A DNA stretch of 64,000 nucleotides, from contig CM082579.2 of NCBI GenBank assembly GCA_040954595.2, positions 8,359,625 to 8,423,624 of the forward strand, read 5' to 3'. Shown here one piece after another: positions 51,612 through 64,000 of the stretch. The notes beneath the pieces were generated by a model that had not been told where the DNA came from, did not search any database, and saw only the letters and a list, made by a program, of their open reading frames with translations. Position numbers and translations under genes: made by a program. The stretch comes from Balanoglossus misakiensis (taxonomy: Eukaryota; Animalia; Hemichordata). Position 1 is the first letter of the stretch. The number at the start of each line of letters is the position of its first letter.

Positions 51612-54600
51612 TTAGTAGTCGAAGGTGTCACGGCAGAGGAATTTGTCGACGTCGCCCTCTCTGGTGGCAAAGCAATACTGTACCATGACGTCAGTTAACA
51701 CCTCGGCTGGGGGAGGCGGTTTGAAACGGATACCGGTTGAAAGTTGACTTGGGCATTGCTGCAATTGCAATGAGAAAAAATAGATGGTGAAATATGTGAT
51801 AATATGCTCTAAATTCTGTAAAACAAAGGACTGGATGGGCAACAAAAACAAGTGTATTATAGACCACCCTGTTAAACGGTGTCTTGTTTCAAACACAATT
51901 AATGAAAAAAGGGCAGCGAGAGAGAGAGACTTTGTCCCTTTGAATAAAACAGCAAGACAAGCGGCTGAACGAGTTGGTGCATTGGCGATACTGATAGTAT
52001 TGGAGTGAAGACTGAGAATAGGTTATCAAGACTTACGTCACCCAAGTCAGTACATGTGACCACAGCCCAGTCAGTGCTGTAATACAACTCGGTTACACAT
52101 CTCAAGCAGTCTGCCCTATCATAGTCAGTCAACACACCCTGTAAGCGTAAACAGTTTGAACACGTTTGTTAGATTTTAAGTGGACGTCACAATCTGATGT
52201 CGGTCGTACAAACGGAAATGCTAAAAACAGCTGGAAAATGATGTAAATTTCCAGTGAGTATGGAATTATTTAAAATGCATGGAAAAATAGTTTTTAATTA
52301 AACATTCAAATTTGTGTAACTTGAACTTTGGAAACATTTTGAGACCCTGTAGAACGTAAGAGGCGCTTTCTGAGCATAGGTCACACTGGCCCCATTCTAT
52401 ACGAAGGTCGCGCTCTCCTTCGAAGCACACTGACCGGCTGGTCGCGAACCCATTCTACGAAGGTCGCGCTCCCCTTGAAAGCAATCGCATGCTAATCTGC
52501 AGACAAGCTGTCCGCACAAAATGCAAGCGGCATCGATTACTGAAACTGCCATGGAATAACAGGGAGGCGTAACACTCTGTGGGTGTAAGAGCTCACCGCG
52601 ACAGAAAATGACAAGTCGTGTTAGCATTGGTAAAGGAAAAACAGCTTAATTCTCGCTACCTTAAAACAGATTTTATCTACCTACAGTGAGAGATGAAAAA
52701 CTCATACGGTCGACATAATTTCAAGATGGCCGATTTTTGCCACGTTTAAGAAATGGAAGTTCAACTCAACGACATTTTGTTCTTTTGAGCTCAAGAGAAA
52801 AATGCTTGCACTGTACGCTGATCTAGCTGTTTACTACATGAGGCCCTGAAGTGATAATTTAAAAACAAATGAAGGTTCATGGTGACACAGATCTTCATCA
52901 GACTATGATCTGTAAACATGACGTGATCTGCAGTATGTGTTTACGACCTTCTTGAACTATACGACCAGAGTTATCGGATCCAATTTGATAAAACTTCATG
53001 CAGCTATTGTTATTGCTGATATATGGCTGTACCAAACAGTTTCTTGTCAAAGCATGGTAATTTAAAATGGAATGAACATTTACAACCCTTTATACTAACT
53101 ATATTTGTCCAGCTTCACCGACTAAATCTGATAAAAGCTTCCTACGTGTATTAGCCTCCATGTGACCTTACTGCCTTATATAGTGGCAGGTGTCGGGTCG
53201 AGTGAGCCTGTTATTGTCGGTGAGGGCGGTATTCCTGGCATGGTTCGCCGAGTTCTGGTTTACCCAAATGTGGAGCACGGTGCGGTATTTACATTCCACA
53301 TGCAGAAACTCAATAAAGGCTATACTGTAGTCCTCTGTCCCACTTGAGTGAACACCTGAGCTCAGATAACGTTATATGGGCACTTAACGTGGAATTTATC
53401 AGAAGACCTCATAAACAGCAAATAAATCTAATCTTCAAAAGCACCAGTGACTGACAAGACCAGGGATAGGACTACAATGGTAAAAATGAATGGGTCATTG
53501 CTTTGTTCTCATGGTCTGACCTTCTACGAAGAAATATTTCAGCTATTAGAATTTTGGGCCACTGAAACAATTCACCGGTTCACAATAAAAGCCTTATTTT
53601 TCTAGGCCCTGTGATACCAAATGGCACCGTATGGAATTGATTATTCAGCAGAAAATACTGAGCGGATGAGCGCAGCTGTGTCTCATATTACGTTTTGATT
53701 TCGCAGGGTTTTTATTCAACGCGCAAACAAACGGATAATAGTTTGCACTGGGTAGCGCGTAGGTCACGACCCCCTCCCCCTCCTGTGTGTGTATACGTGC
53801 ATTCACCCAGGGTCTATGATTCACCACAAACAAAACTGTGCTTCGGCGTAGCGATTATCAAGAGGCTGTCGCTCGTCCACAACTACACTGAATTTCAGCT
53901 ATACGTACACGGTCGCCGTTTTCTTATTTGCTACGTTCGTTTTATTGGTCAGTACATTTTGGTATAAGCATACTACAAACCCGTAGTAATACCTGGTCAC
54001 CACGCTTGCTTTTGGAATACAAGGCCGTGCATTTAGTCTACAATTAAGAAAATTGCCAAGTCAGCATTAACAGCTGTCCAATGTTTTGTCTATTGGCAAA
54101 AACATTTCATAGAGTTAATTAAGCATTTCATTATAGACAGTAGAAGAAGTTGGTCTTCTATTAATACTCAATGATCTTATAATAGAAGACGGATTCCAAT
54201 GCGGTCGTATGTATATAGTGTGCACACATCCCAAATGGTACATATATAATTGCAAACGGTGCCAAACACCCGCTCATCTATTTTGGGATACGCTCGTTTA
54301 ATTCCAGCAGACTCATATGAGGTAGAAACGTTAGAAAACAAGGGAAATGAAACATTCATGTTTCTGGCATATACGCTGCATTGGCGGGCAGGTATATAGA
54401 CACATATACATAAGAAATACTGCAATTTCGTTTGTATTCTTGTATTTTTGTGCCATGATGCACGACTCAGCCAAAAGAAAATAAACGTATCCCGAAATAG
54501 ATGAACGAGTGTTCAAAGGATTTTTTTTTTCAGAATAAGTCAAACAAATCTGAACCTAATTACCCCCCCCCCCCAAAAAAAAAAAACACACGTCAGAATC

Positions 54601-55068
54601 TAACACATGAGATATCTCTTTCGGCGCCTTAGCATGGATCGGGTCATATCTGTCCCAAGTACAATGGCCGCAATCTAAGTTAACTTTATACTGAAATGGT
54701 AAACTACTGGCAGACGGTGTGCCGTCGTGAGGTAAGAAACGATTATTTACCAAATCGATATCGGGATTTTTGTCGAACGTCTCGCCGAGTATGCTGAATA
54801 TCAGGAAGGACTTGGTGTCATCTATGAACTCCGAGGTCGTCAGGTAGGTCGTTTGCGCATCATCGGGAATCAGAGCTTCAACCTCGCTCAGCTGTCTCTG
54901 GTTCAAACCCGAGGGGCAGGGTACGTCGTGGGTGCAAGACATGTTGTTGATCCTGCCTGTGATTCTCTTCACCGAGCACATCAGGCACGAGTTGGGCTTG
55001 CCTCTCAGCACGCCTTGCGCCGCCGTGCTGAAGAGCAAGACCAAGCAAACGGTCAGAGAGGTTCGCAT
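51612..55068 (-). CDS. Unknown secreted cysteine-rich protein, tandem copy B (~188 aa)
   Basis: Exons 55068-54751, 52138-52037 and 51758-51612; same phases, Cys pattern and exon 2/3 lengths (102 and 147 nt) as copy A. Confidence 0.88.
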
Positions 55069-55137
55069 CTTTGCTCGAAGGTGTTGTGGTCGGGGAAATG
55101 GTGCTAAACGAAATGCAGGTATGCTCATAGGATCCTC

Positions 55138-55145
55138 TTTTTATA
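55138..55145 (-). promoter_or_regulatory. TATA box of copy B
   Basis: TATAAAAA within a promoter nearly identical to that of copy A. Confidence 0.7.
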
Positions 55146-56806
55146 GTCAAATCGCAAAACCAGGGGTATACTCTTCTATCAAGGGACTGGACTGACTAAT
55201 AGTATATTTGTGTACAGTTCTAGACCCCGGAACGGGTTCTAGACGAATCAATCAATCGGTCAATCAACCTGATTTACATTGTGTCCATATCAATAACACG
55301 TTACATTTTAGGATCCGTAATTAAAGTAAGGGGATGGTGAATTTCGTATGGTAGGGGCGCCATATATGTCACTGAAACTGCTGGGAGATGGGCCGGGTGA
55401 AATTAAGGAAGGGGTGTGCCGTGTAAAAGAATGTGAAACCCCCCCCCCCCCCTCTTTACGGCGCATTTCTAAAATGTGACATCCCCAGTCCATGATTATA
55501 AAATGTGACCCTCCAACCAAAGGACAAATTTTGATAGACTGAGGCATATTACTTGGCCCTGTCAATGTGCACCCAAAAGCTACCAAGATGTCAAAGTTTG
55601 TTACCCACGGCACGTCAATAATATAAAGATAATTGACCACAGCATACATTTACCCTCTTGGAAACTACTAGTATCTGGGTCAGAGCATGTTGCAGAGTGG
55701 GGCAAGGTCGGGACAGGCTTATTTTACATGTTCGTCGATAACAACAGCGCCACCCGGCGACAAAACATGCCTATGCTTATCTTTCGGGTTTGCAACTGCG
55801 CAGTTGCCCAGCTTCAAGATGTACAAGTCAGAAATGTCATCAAAATTATGTTATGTTTCATTAAAAAAATATGTTATGGTGTGGTGTGGTGAGGCCTGAG
55901 GTGTTTAATAAAGTTGTTTTACTAAGGAAGTTATACAAAGTAAAACGGGTTGGGATGTTGCGCATGACAGTATTAAATATGAAACTACATCTCATACCTG
56001 TCAATGCAATTACAAGTTTCATTTATTTTTAAAGTTCACCATTTACGATTGTATACAGTGTTACGACACGCTGGCCGTTTTGTTCCGAAACAGGGCAGTG
56101 AGCAAATAGACTTACGCGACCAGCACCACGGCAGTCCCAACAGCGACGTTCAGTCCGTTCTGACACAATTCCCCGGTAGACGGCACGGCTTTCGGACGAA
56201 TTCCCCATGAGGTAGCACGACTTCTGGGCGCGGTTTCCAGACCAGGACAGCATGAAATACAGCACAGTTTCTGGGCGCTGTTTCAAGACCAGTGTATCAG
56301 GAAATAAGGCACAGCTTCCAAGCCGGCGAGGAACAGAACAGCTAACACGGACAAGTCCAAATTAGTAGCTACGCCGCAACACAACGTGCGGGCTTTTTAT
56401 ATGGGGAAAATAATGAATGCACCACACCTGGTCACGCAAAATTCAAATTACGAAAGTAAACGAAAACACACCTGGTCACAAAACAAAAGCAAACACCTCC
56501 TACGTAACAACAGAAATCTTTGTCCGGAAGGATTATGAAAAATGATAATAACGATCTGATGAGAATTACAATAGGCAAAATATTGAATAGAATATTGAAT
56601 CATAAAGTTCATTTGTACAGAAAAAAACCGTAAAAATGGTATATACATATAAATGTTAAACAAATTTAATTTTCAACATGTATTTAATCAGACCAACTGC
56701 ACTACAGGTCATTATAAACGGACATTCATTCTACAAATAATTAGGTAGAACGTGTAACTCTGGTTCATCATCTCTTTTTGATTGACAATTGATGTGATGT
56801 TTCTAA

Positions 56807-59800
56807 CTACCAGTCAAACTTGCTGCCGAGTTTGCAGATGTCCAGCGCCTCCTTCTGCACCACGAACTGCGCCTCCAGATCTCCGGGACCGATTTTCGTC
56901 GGGTGCACAATGTTGCCGTTGCGGCGCACACCCAGAAAGTGGCCCGGGCAAGCACGTGACTCGAACGTGCAGTACCCGTCACCGCCTTGTCGTACGACCA
57001 GCTCGCCGTCCATTCCACCGTGTCCCTGCACGCAGTAGTGGCGCGAAAAAAAAGAAAGCCAGTCGGTTAGTCGACAGTGTGAAAACGCGGGAAAAATCTT
57101 AGTCGACAGTGTGAAAATGCGGGGAAAATCTCAGTGGTATATCGAACGATTTCAAGTAAACATCCGCTCATTTGTTTCAGGGGTTTACACATTCGTCCAT
57201 AACACGTCATCCACGGCAAAAGATGCGATTAAAGGAAAGGAAATCAAAACAATATAACTTTCCCAGCAACACACTTCTCGCCAAAATAAGATGCTACAAA
57301 AATAGACAGATTTACAAGCTTATGATTCAAGAAATCTTATAACTTTCTAAATGTTCAAAACCCAAAATAATTGAGCAAGTTTTATCAGTTTTACAACATC
57401 TATTCTATTCGTGCTGTTCAAGGGGACGTACATGCATCAGCCCCACGACGTCAATTTAGCTTGATATCGCTTGACAGTGTTATTTTTGTCACTTCCGTGA
57501 CGTCCGCGATCGAGCCATCAGGGATCGCCATCAGTCACGATTATTTGTGTGTCAAATTTTAACAAAACCCAGTGTGATAATTGACCTTAATTGACGACCT
57601 CTCTAGATAATTGGTGAGTCCATTCGGACATTTGTCATCCATTACATGATAAACTAATAAGCGTCTCTGGGTCAGATTTTCCGAAAAATGATAGCCCTCC
57701 AAACCGTCCATTTTTGGATATATTAAAGGGTGTGGTGAGTCTTTTACAAACGAAGAAAAAATGTGTGTTCACAGTCTTGTTTTCATAAAAAAACGCTACT
57801 TTAAATTTTCTCCTTAGAGTTGACATAGAAATTGACTGCCATTCCGAATGTCAAATTAGAGAAAATACATAATCTTTCGTTGTCATTCAAAATTTGCATG
57901 GTGACCCCGAGAATAATCTAAAGTTGCATTGAGCGAAATGTGACAAAAGGTCTAAGATTTTGATTTTCTAGGCGCAGTCTACATTGCATGTACTTGTACG
58001 GTGTAGGGGTTGTTAAATAAAATAATGGCACTTAATAGTGCTTCAGTATCCCTGACAAATTGCCTTCAACTTTTCTTATCACTTCATACAATGCAATATC
58101 TCATTTAGCTCTGGATGTATTTTGACGCTCATCGTTTTGAAAGGGAGGTAAAACGCGAGATGGGACACAACCAACTTTTCAATACATCCAAGTCGAACTT
58201 ACGGCCAATTATTTCAGACCGCACTGTTTCAACATACCCATTTGGGCAAAGGTTTACGTGGCATGTCTATTACCACTTGGAGATTACAATTAGAGGTCAT
58301 TTTATTGCGACTGATCCATCAGGGATTCTCATCGAGTATTAATGTTTCAAATTTCAGCGGCATCCAATGCGATAATTTGCTTTAATATGCGATTTTTTTC
58401 GAGGATTTGAGTCGAATAGGTCGTATAAATGCAGGCGATAATAACCGCGTTGGCAACATTTGTGGCTATGGATAATTTAAAAATGGTTGATAATACATTA
58501 CTCTCTTGGTGTTTTAGAGGTTTTGCGTCAACACCCACACTATCGTTTACTGATATACCGACTAAGGCTAGACATTGTGATTTGTTTTCAGATGTCACCA
58601 TGCCAGCCCCATCGGCATATTTCAATAGGCAGAACAGCATATCCATCAACATATAAAATATGTGAAATATTGTCAAACGTGAGCGACTCTCTCCCTTTAA
58701 CTCAGTGCGACCGCCATCTCCAAGTGAACACCTGGACATTCATAGAGTTCAGTAAAATCAGAGTTGTCGCTTTCAGCAGATTTCATCGACTTATGCAATC
58801 TCATAATTTTCAGTCACGTGACCCGGTCACAGGTACATCAACAGTGGAAGTACTCAAGGTCACGTCCATTTAACGGCCAATTCATTATTGCAGCCGCGCT
58901 TTGAGCGAACCACGAAGGAAGTAATTAATGGAGGGATTTCATATTCGCTTTTGTCGAAGGTGATAATGATCGTATCCGCCTATCTGCCCCTCTGTGCAAT
59001 GTAAACGCTGAATACATGTAAATGTATACTGGTTGTCTTGCCTGCCTCCGACCGGAAATCTCCACTGCATCCGAAATGCACATAGAAAACCGCGATGTTC
59101 AATCAACGGCACAACGTACATGTATACCCCTCGAACCTGTTAGCTCTATTGAGAAAATTTACAGTGATTTTTTAACAAGACGATGAACACTCTGCTTTGT
59201 TCTTTTTTTTTCCAAAAAGACTAGTAAATATAACTTTACTGAAAATCTGTCCATCTATCGATGTTGAAAACTACAATTCAACTAAGAATACATTTCATTC
59301 TCTGCGGTTACCATGCTTACCCTTAGAAGAAGTTACAAGAGTATAAGAGTTGAACAGAGCTTACCGTTCCTACGAATTTATGATCACGCAGCGTCACAAA
59401 TTGTTGTGTGTTAGAAGTACTCTGAAGCATGACGACTGTTGGCTCCACAAACAACATTTTGAAGTGACCTGAAATGAGAGAAGTCTAATTTCCATTAGAT
59501 GGATGGATGGATGGACGGACGGACGGACGAACGGACGGACGGACAGACTGACAGACAGACAGGCAAACCATGGTATCACAACCCTGTTGAAGAGACCGTG
59601 AGTGGCTTCCACGGCGATCTTTTTCACTCTATCGAGAGAGGCACATATACTCGGTGTGAGTATGCCATACCCACCTGTCGACCCAAACACGCTCCTTCCG
59701 TAAAGCGCCGCCGACTTTTCCAAAATACGCACGTATTTCCCGCTTGCTCTTGACCAGATGCGGACCACCACGGCCGGAAACACTCGATTTTCAACCATCA

Positions 59801-60170
59801 CGGGTTTGTTCAGACTGGTGGTGTAAAGAAACTGCAAATCGTCGAAATCCACCTCGCAGACTCGCCTGTACCCCATGATGTGATCGACTTGTCTTTGCGA
59901 CAGGTTCACTGGTAAGACAAACCGACGGTCTTCCGCGGTGTCAACGTCCACCAAGTCAGACCGTCCTTCCGTCACGCGCTGCGTCCCGGATTCAGGTGGA
60001 AATCGGGCGTCGTTGTCATCTTTGCGGCGGTTTGAGTGACCGGTTTGCGCTCCGGGAAACATTTTCGCGGCTCCCGGATAAATTGACATCGCAGTCCCCG
60101 AGTGACGCTGACGAGCCCTCGGGCCGACGCGCCGTTCTCGCGCTAGAGAGTCCGTGGGTCGATGAAGCAT
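56807..60170 (-). CDS. Leaderless beta-trefoil protein (FGF/IL-1 superfamily-like), ~272 aa
   Basis: Exons 60170-59675 (ends phase 1), 59468-59365 (104 nt, ends phase 0) and 57025-56807. C-terminal domain: VVVRIWSRASGKYVRI...VVMLQSTSNTQQFVTL...YCTFESRACPGHFLGVRRNGNIVHPTKIGPGDLEAQF. An acceptor just upstream of the ATG means the N-terminus may be incomplete. Confidence 0.75.
59498..59563. repeat. (GGAT)/(GGAC)/(CAGA) microsatellite
   Basis: Directly visible in intron 1 of the beta-trefoil gene. Confidence 0.9.
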
Positions 60171-60815
60171 CGCTTGAAACAAATCAAACCCGAAAAAAGA
60201 AGGAAGTCTACTTAGATAGTAAATGTGAGATCCGAACTTCGAGACAAACTTCACTTTGGCCGTATCCTTCAGTTATGCCGCGTGGTCACCACAACATGTT
60301 TGGAGAGCTGTGACCAGACAAGATCGGCGGAAGGTTGCTGCATGGGTCAGTGCCCAGCCGTCGAAGGACGAGCCATTTTGGGTCACGCTGTCACCACGGT
60401 GCGTATACGCGAGAATTGTTCCCAAGTTTTGTCAACACGTGAAATGTCGTTTGCCTTTTGCAACCTCAACGACGGTAAGCCTTCCTGTCTTTGAAATCAA
60501 AATAAATACGGCGACCTAGAACGAATTTATATGCAAAACGGGCAACAATATATCGCGTCGTTCTGTGCGCAACAAAGCACTTTAAAACTTTATGCTCGCT
60601 GGAAGCTTCGTCACAATCACGAGACGTTTTCATTGAGAACGTTCGAACGACTGAGTCGATCATAGGATTAGATTTTACGAGATTTTATTGCCAATATTAT
60701 TGTACTGATTATTGTAGGGTTGTACTGATCTTCAAAAATCATTGCTCATTTTGTCAACACGCTCACGAACTGGCAATCTTACACAATATGTGCATGCTAT
60801 TAATGGACCGTCTTA

Positions 60816-61905
60816 GGGACTGTCCAGAATTTACTTCCAGGGGGGGGCTGGAGGATTTTCAGGGGGGGCCACCCATTTTCCCCAAGAAAAATTAGGGGGG
60901 GTCAGACATAAAAATCACAATCCTTTAGGGGGGGGCATGTAAAAAACCCTCACAAACTCAATATTTGCCCATAAGTACTGATTTATAAGAAACAAACCAG
61001 CATGGCTACCTGGATGACAGATGAACTCCGCAAGTGCATTAAATCTTCATAAAGCTTGAATTTCCGGTAATTTTTACAGTGGGTTATCTACTACAGTTTC
61101 TTGTTCTACTCTGTGAAGCATAATAAAATGCCCAGTATTTGGCCTGCCAGCACAGACCATAAATGTACAGTGAACAGTCAGTGTTGTTACTGTTGACGAG
61201 TTCAATTCAACTTTCAAGTCCAGACTAGAATTCGTTAATTTTCTCATCAATCATTCATATATGTACATATAAAAAGTTAATTTGCTTTTGGGTTCATTAA
61301 AATGCAGCTTTGAGCTCTGTATTTTATAAAATTTTCTTACAGGGGAGGGGGACACCCCCTCCCAAACCCACCCCCTTCACTTCTCGGTTTACAATATCTG
61401 CCAACACAGAATACAAATACTTAACAAATATAAACAATGTTCAGTTTTAATATCCACTGATGAGGATAAACATCAGTTTCAAATTCTTTTCATGGGAGCG
61501 CTGTTTTTCTTTTTTTACAAGATAGATAGGTGATGTGTATTGCTGTGTGAAAGAAAATGGGGGGTGGGATTTCAAAAGTTTAAGCTGTTCGGAAGGGGGG
61601 GGGATTGAAAATATTTCGGGTTGTGTACGGGGGGCATGTGAAAATTAACGGTAAAAAAAAATTAATTCTCCCCCCCCCCTTCCAGAGGTGTTTGTAAATG
61701 CAGCCTTATCAGACTGTATGTGTCGTAGTCTGTACCAGTAAGCATGCATGTATATATTGGGGGGGGGTCATGGAAAAAAAACAGGAAATTTACGGGGGGG
61801 CCACAGATTTCCTCCACAATTTACAAGGGGGGTCCATGGAAAAAAATCACCAGGAAAATAAGAAATCCTCCAGCCCCACCCTGGAAGTAAATTCTGGACA
61901 GTCCC
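60816..61905. mobile_element. Non-autonomous PIF/Harbinger-type MITE
   Basis: ~44-bp terminal inverted repeats GGGACTGTCCAGAATTTACTTCCAGGG(G/T)GGGGCTGGAGGATTT, with TSD TTA on both sides (60813-60815, 61906-61908). No transposase ORF. Confidence 0.9.
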
Positions 61906-62844
61906 TTAGAGGCTAGGAGTGTTTGATAGTGGTTTGACCCCAGTAGAGACTTTGTTTGTAGCCCGTGACATTCGGCGCCTGGTCTATGATGTCATACAGC
62001 TGTGATGAAACGAAGGACGAATCTCCTCCACGTGCATTGTTAATGTTGACACATGTACATGTACACGACTGTGAAAGGGTCAAGACTAGTCATGATATAC
62101 GTCTTCAAGGATCACTAGACACGTGTGCAAAGTTTGTTTCGTATCTTTTCATTGCTTTACTCTAGTATTCCCGACCGCCAAATGCCCCTAATATCTTTCA
62201 TTTCTCCATTAATGAAACAAAACTAAACAACACAAATAAATCAAATAAGACGAAAGTTTCGACGACAGTAAAACAAGTAAACAACAACAAGGAGTTAAGT
62301 GTTGATGTTGCTGCCTATGTGCCCTTTCAAATTCTGCACCATTGACTCCTGGCATTGACTCAACTGGCCGTCAAGGTCACGAAGTTAACCTTTACGACAA
62401 ACCAAGCATATTACCTCAATAACAATAAGGTGAGATCATTGTCCCGTAAACGACGCAGTAAGGTCGATCGACCCGCGAGATCAGTTCAACGTCATGAAAA
62501 ATAAAAAATCCGAATGCCACCGGGCACGTCGAATGCTTTCAAAGGGAGAAAGGGCATCGTTTTAAATTGGATAAAAGTAGTTTTTACAAAACATAAGCCC
62601 ATTAAACATGCAACAATGTACTTGTTTCAGTTCAAACTTTATTGTTTGTCAACACAATCACCTTCCCAGTTGGCATATTATATGTCAAGGTTGAGAACCA
62701 AGGGTATTGATAAACAATGTTGGTATCGTTTACATGTACATGTTGTATTTGAAAAGGGTAGACGAATTGACCGCTGAGACTTAGCGGGAAAAATAAAGAA
62801 AGGGCATACGAAACAACCACAAACCCATGACAGGAAAGAGTACA

Positions 62845-62999
<155 letters not shown>

Positions 63000-63888
63000 C
63001 TAATCTGGCTAAAACATTGAGTCTCCATAGTCTTCGGACATATATACAAATTGTGCATTTCATTATATTTGAACATACCTAACTTTCATCTATGCCAAGA
63101 CCCGATTCTGACTTCCAAGGCGCCCTGCAGCTAACAGTGGCGATTGTAAAATTAAGCTCTCTTCAGAACCGGGGTCGCTCAATTATTTCAAATAGGTTCC
63201 CTTTCCTTTGATTTCTATCCATACATATGGAGATGCGCAATCATTGGCGTCTTACTCGGATGATCGTGGATTTAGTCAAATGACCGGGATTTGATACAAG
63301 GCTAACGACCGACGTCCCCCTCAACAAAATATTCAACTTGCCTAAAGTCTAGTCTTACATGCGAATCCATATAGATTGTAGGCTCCTTACATTGGCATAT
63401 TAGCTATATCAAGAAAGCAATCAGTGTTCGTTTTCTATTACATCTGATTTCTCTTTTTTTCATTTCTTAAGCTTACCAGATTTTTACGCGGACTTTCGCT
63501 CACCCCCCCCCCCCACTCAGTTTGTTTCGTGGAATGAAAGAGTAAAATTGTCTCAAATTTAAGTTTATGGAGAAAATGTAAAATTGTGATTTTTTTTATG
63601 AAAACAACGACGCAGACGTCGACACCAGTTTTCTTCTTCATTATTTTCAAAAAGACCCCTTTCACAGTTTAAGGATGTACGTTCAGTAAAATTGAAAGTA
63701 TTGTCATTTCTTTTAATTGTGGACTTTTAGATTCTCCTTTGTATTTATAATGAAAATCTCGTCAACATGAATAATCGGTCTGTACCGTTTATTCATTTTG
63801 GCGAGATTTATACCCTCATATCATACAAGCGGGATGGAAGGTGTGTGTAGTTAAACGTTGATTCACTATATATCCACATGTACATTAA

Positions 63889-63945
63889 CATAAACGGTGT
63901 GTTGTATCAAAAAGGGGCAGCGAGAGAGAGACTTTGTCCCTTTAA
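63889..63945. repeat. Dispersed repeat end (GAGAGAGAGACTTTGTCCCTTT), likely a DNA transposon terminus
   Basis: Near-identical copies at ~43402-43439 and ~51873-51941; two of the three end in CCCT-TTAA. Confidence 0.65.
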
Positions 63946-64000
63946 TATATCAAAGAATTGGAAGACTGGAGGAATATCATTTTTGTCCTGAAAATCTGTC

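Noticed and set aside
56119-56140. RE1/NRSE-like CAGCACCACGGCAG
   Set aside because: The right half-site is broken and it lies far from the neural genes.
52389-57135. Short direct duplications (~37 bp twice at 52391-52483; 32 bp tandem at 57068-57131) resembling CRISPR repeats
   Set aside because: Only two units each, in eukaryotic introns, with no cas genes; ordinary local duplications.
57640-57990. Degenerate MITE-like fragments (also near 1140-1340, 18340-18450, 24990-25150, 52655-52900, 55310-55600)
   Set aside because: They look repeat-derived, but I could not define paired termini or TSDs from the sequence alone.

Overview
Intron-rich animal genomic DNA. The gene content suggests an invertebrate deuterostome, possibly a hemichordate, but that is an inference. 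Genes reconstructed by hand from GT-AG exons: (1) a complete AMPA-type glutamate receptor (GRIA-like, +, 354-25279); (2) an RDL/GABA-A-like anion-selective Cys-loop subunit directly downstream (+, 27404-35014); (3) a RING+NHL E3 ligase with a single coding exon (-); (4) CCDC22 (-); (5) two tandem paralogues of an unknown secreted 10-Cys protein (-); (6) a leaderless beta-trefoil gene with FGF exon structure and an IL-1-like motif (-). Repeats include a solo LTR with a 5-bp TSD, a Harbinger-type MITE and several microsatellites. The most striking signal is in GRIA intron 11: an editing-complementary sequence ~850 nt downstream pairs across the Q/R codon and the splice donor, backed by a ladder of nested helices. 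This is a candidate ADAR Q/R-editing structure in what appears to be a non-vertebrate AMPA receptor. All pairings and gene models were read by eye, not computed.
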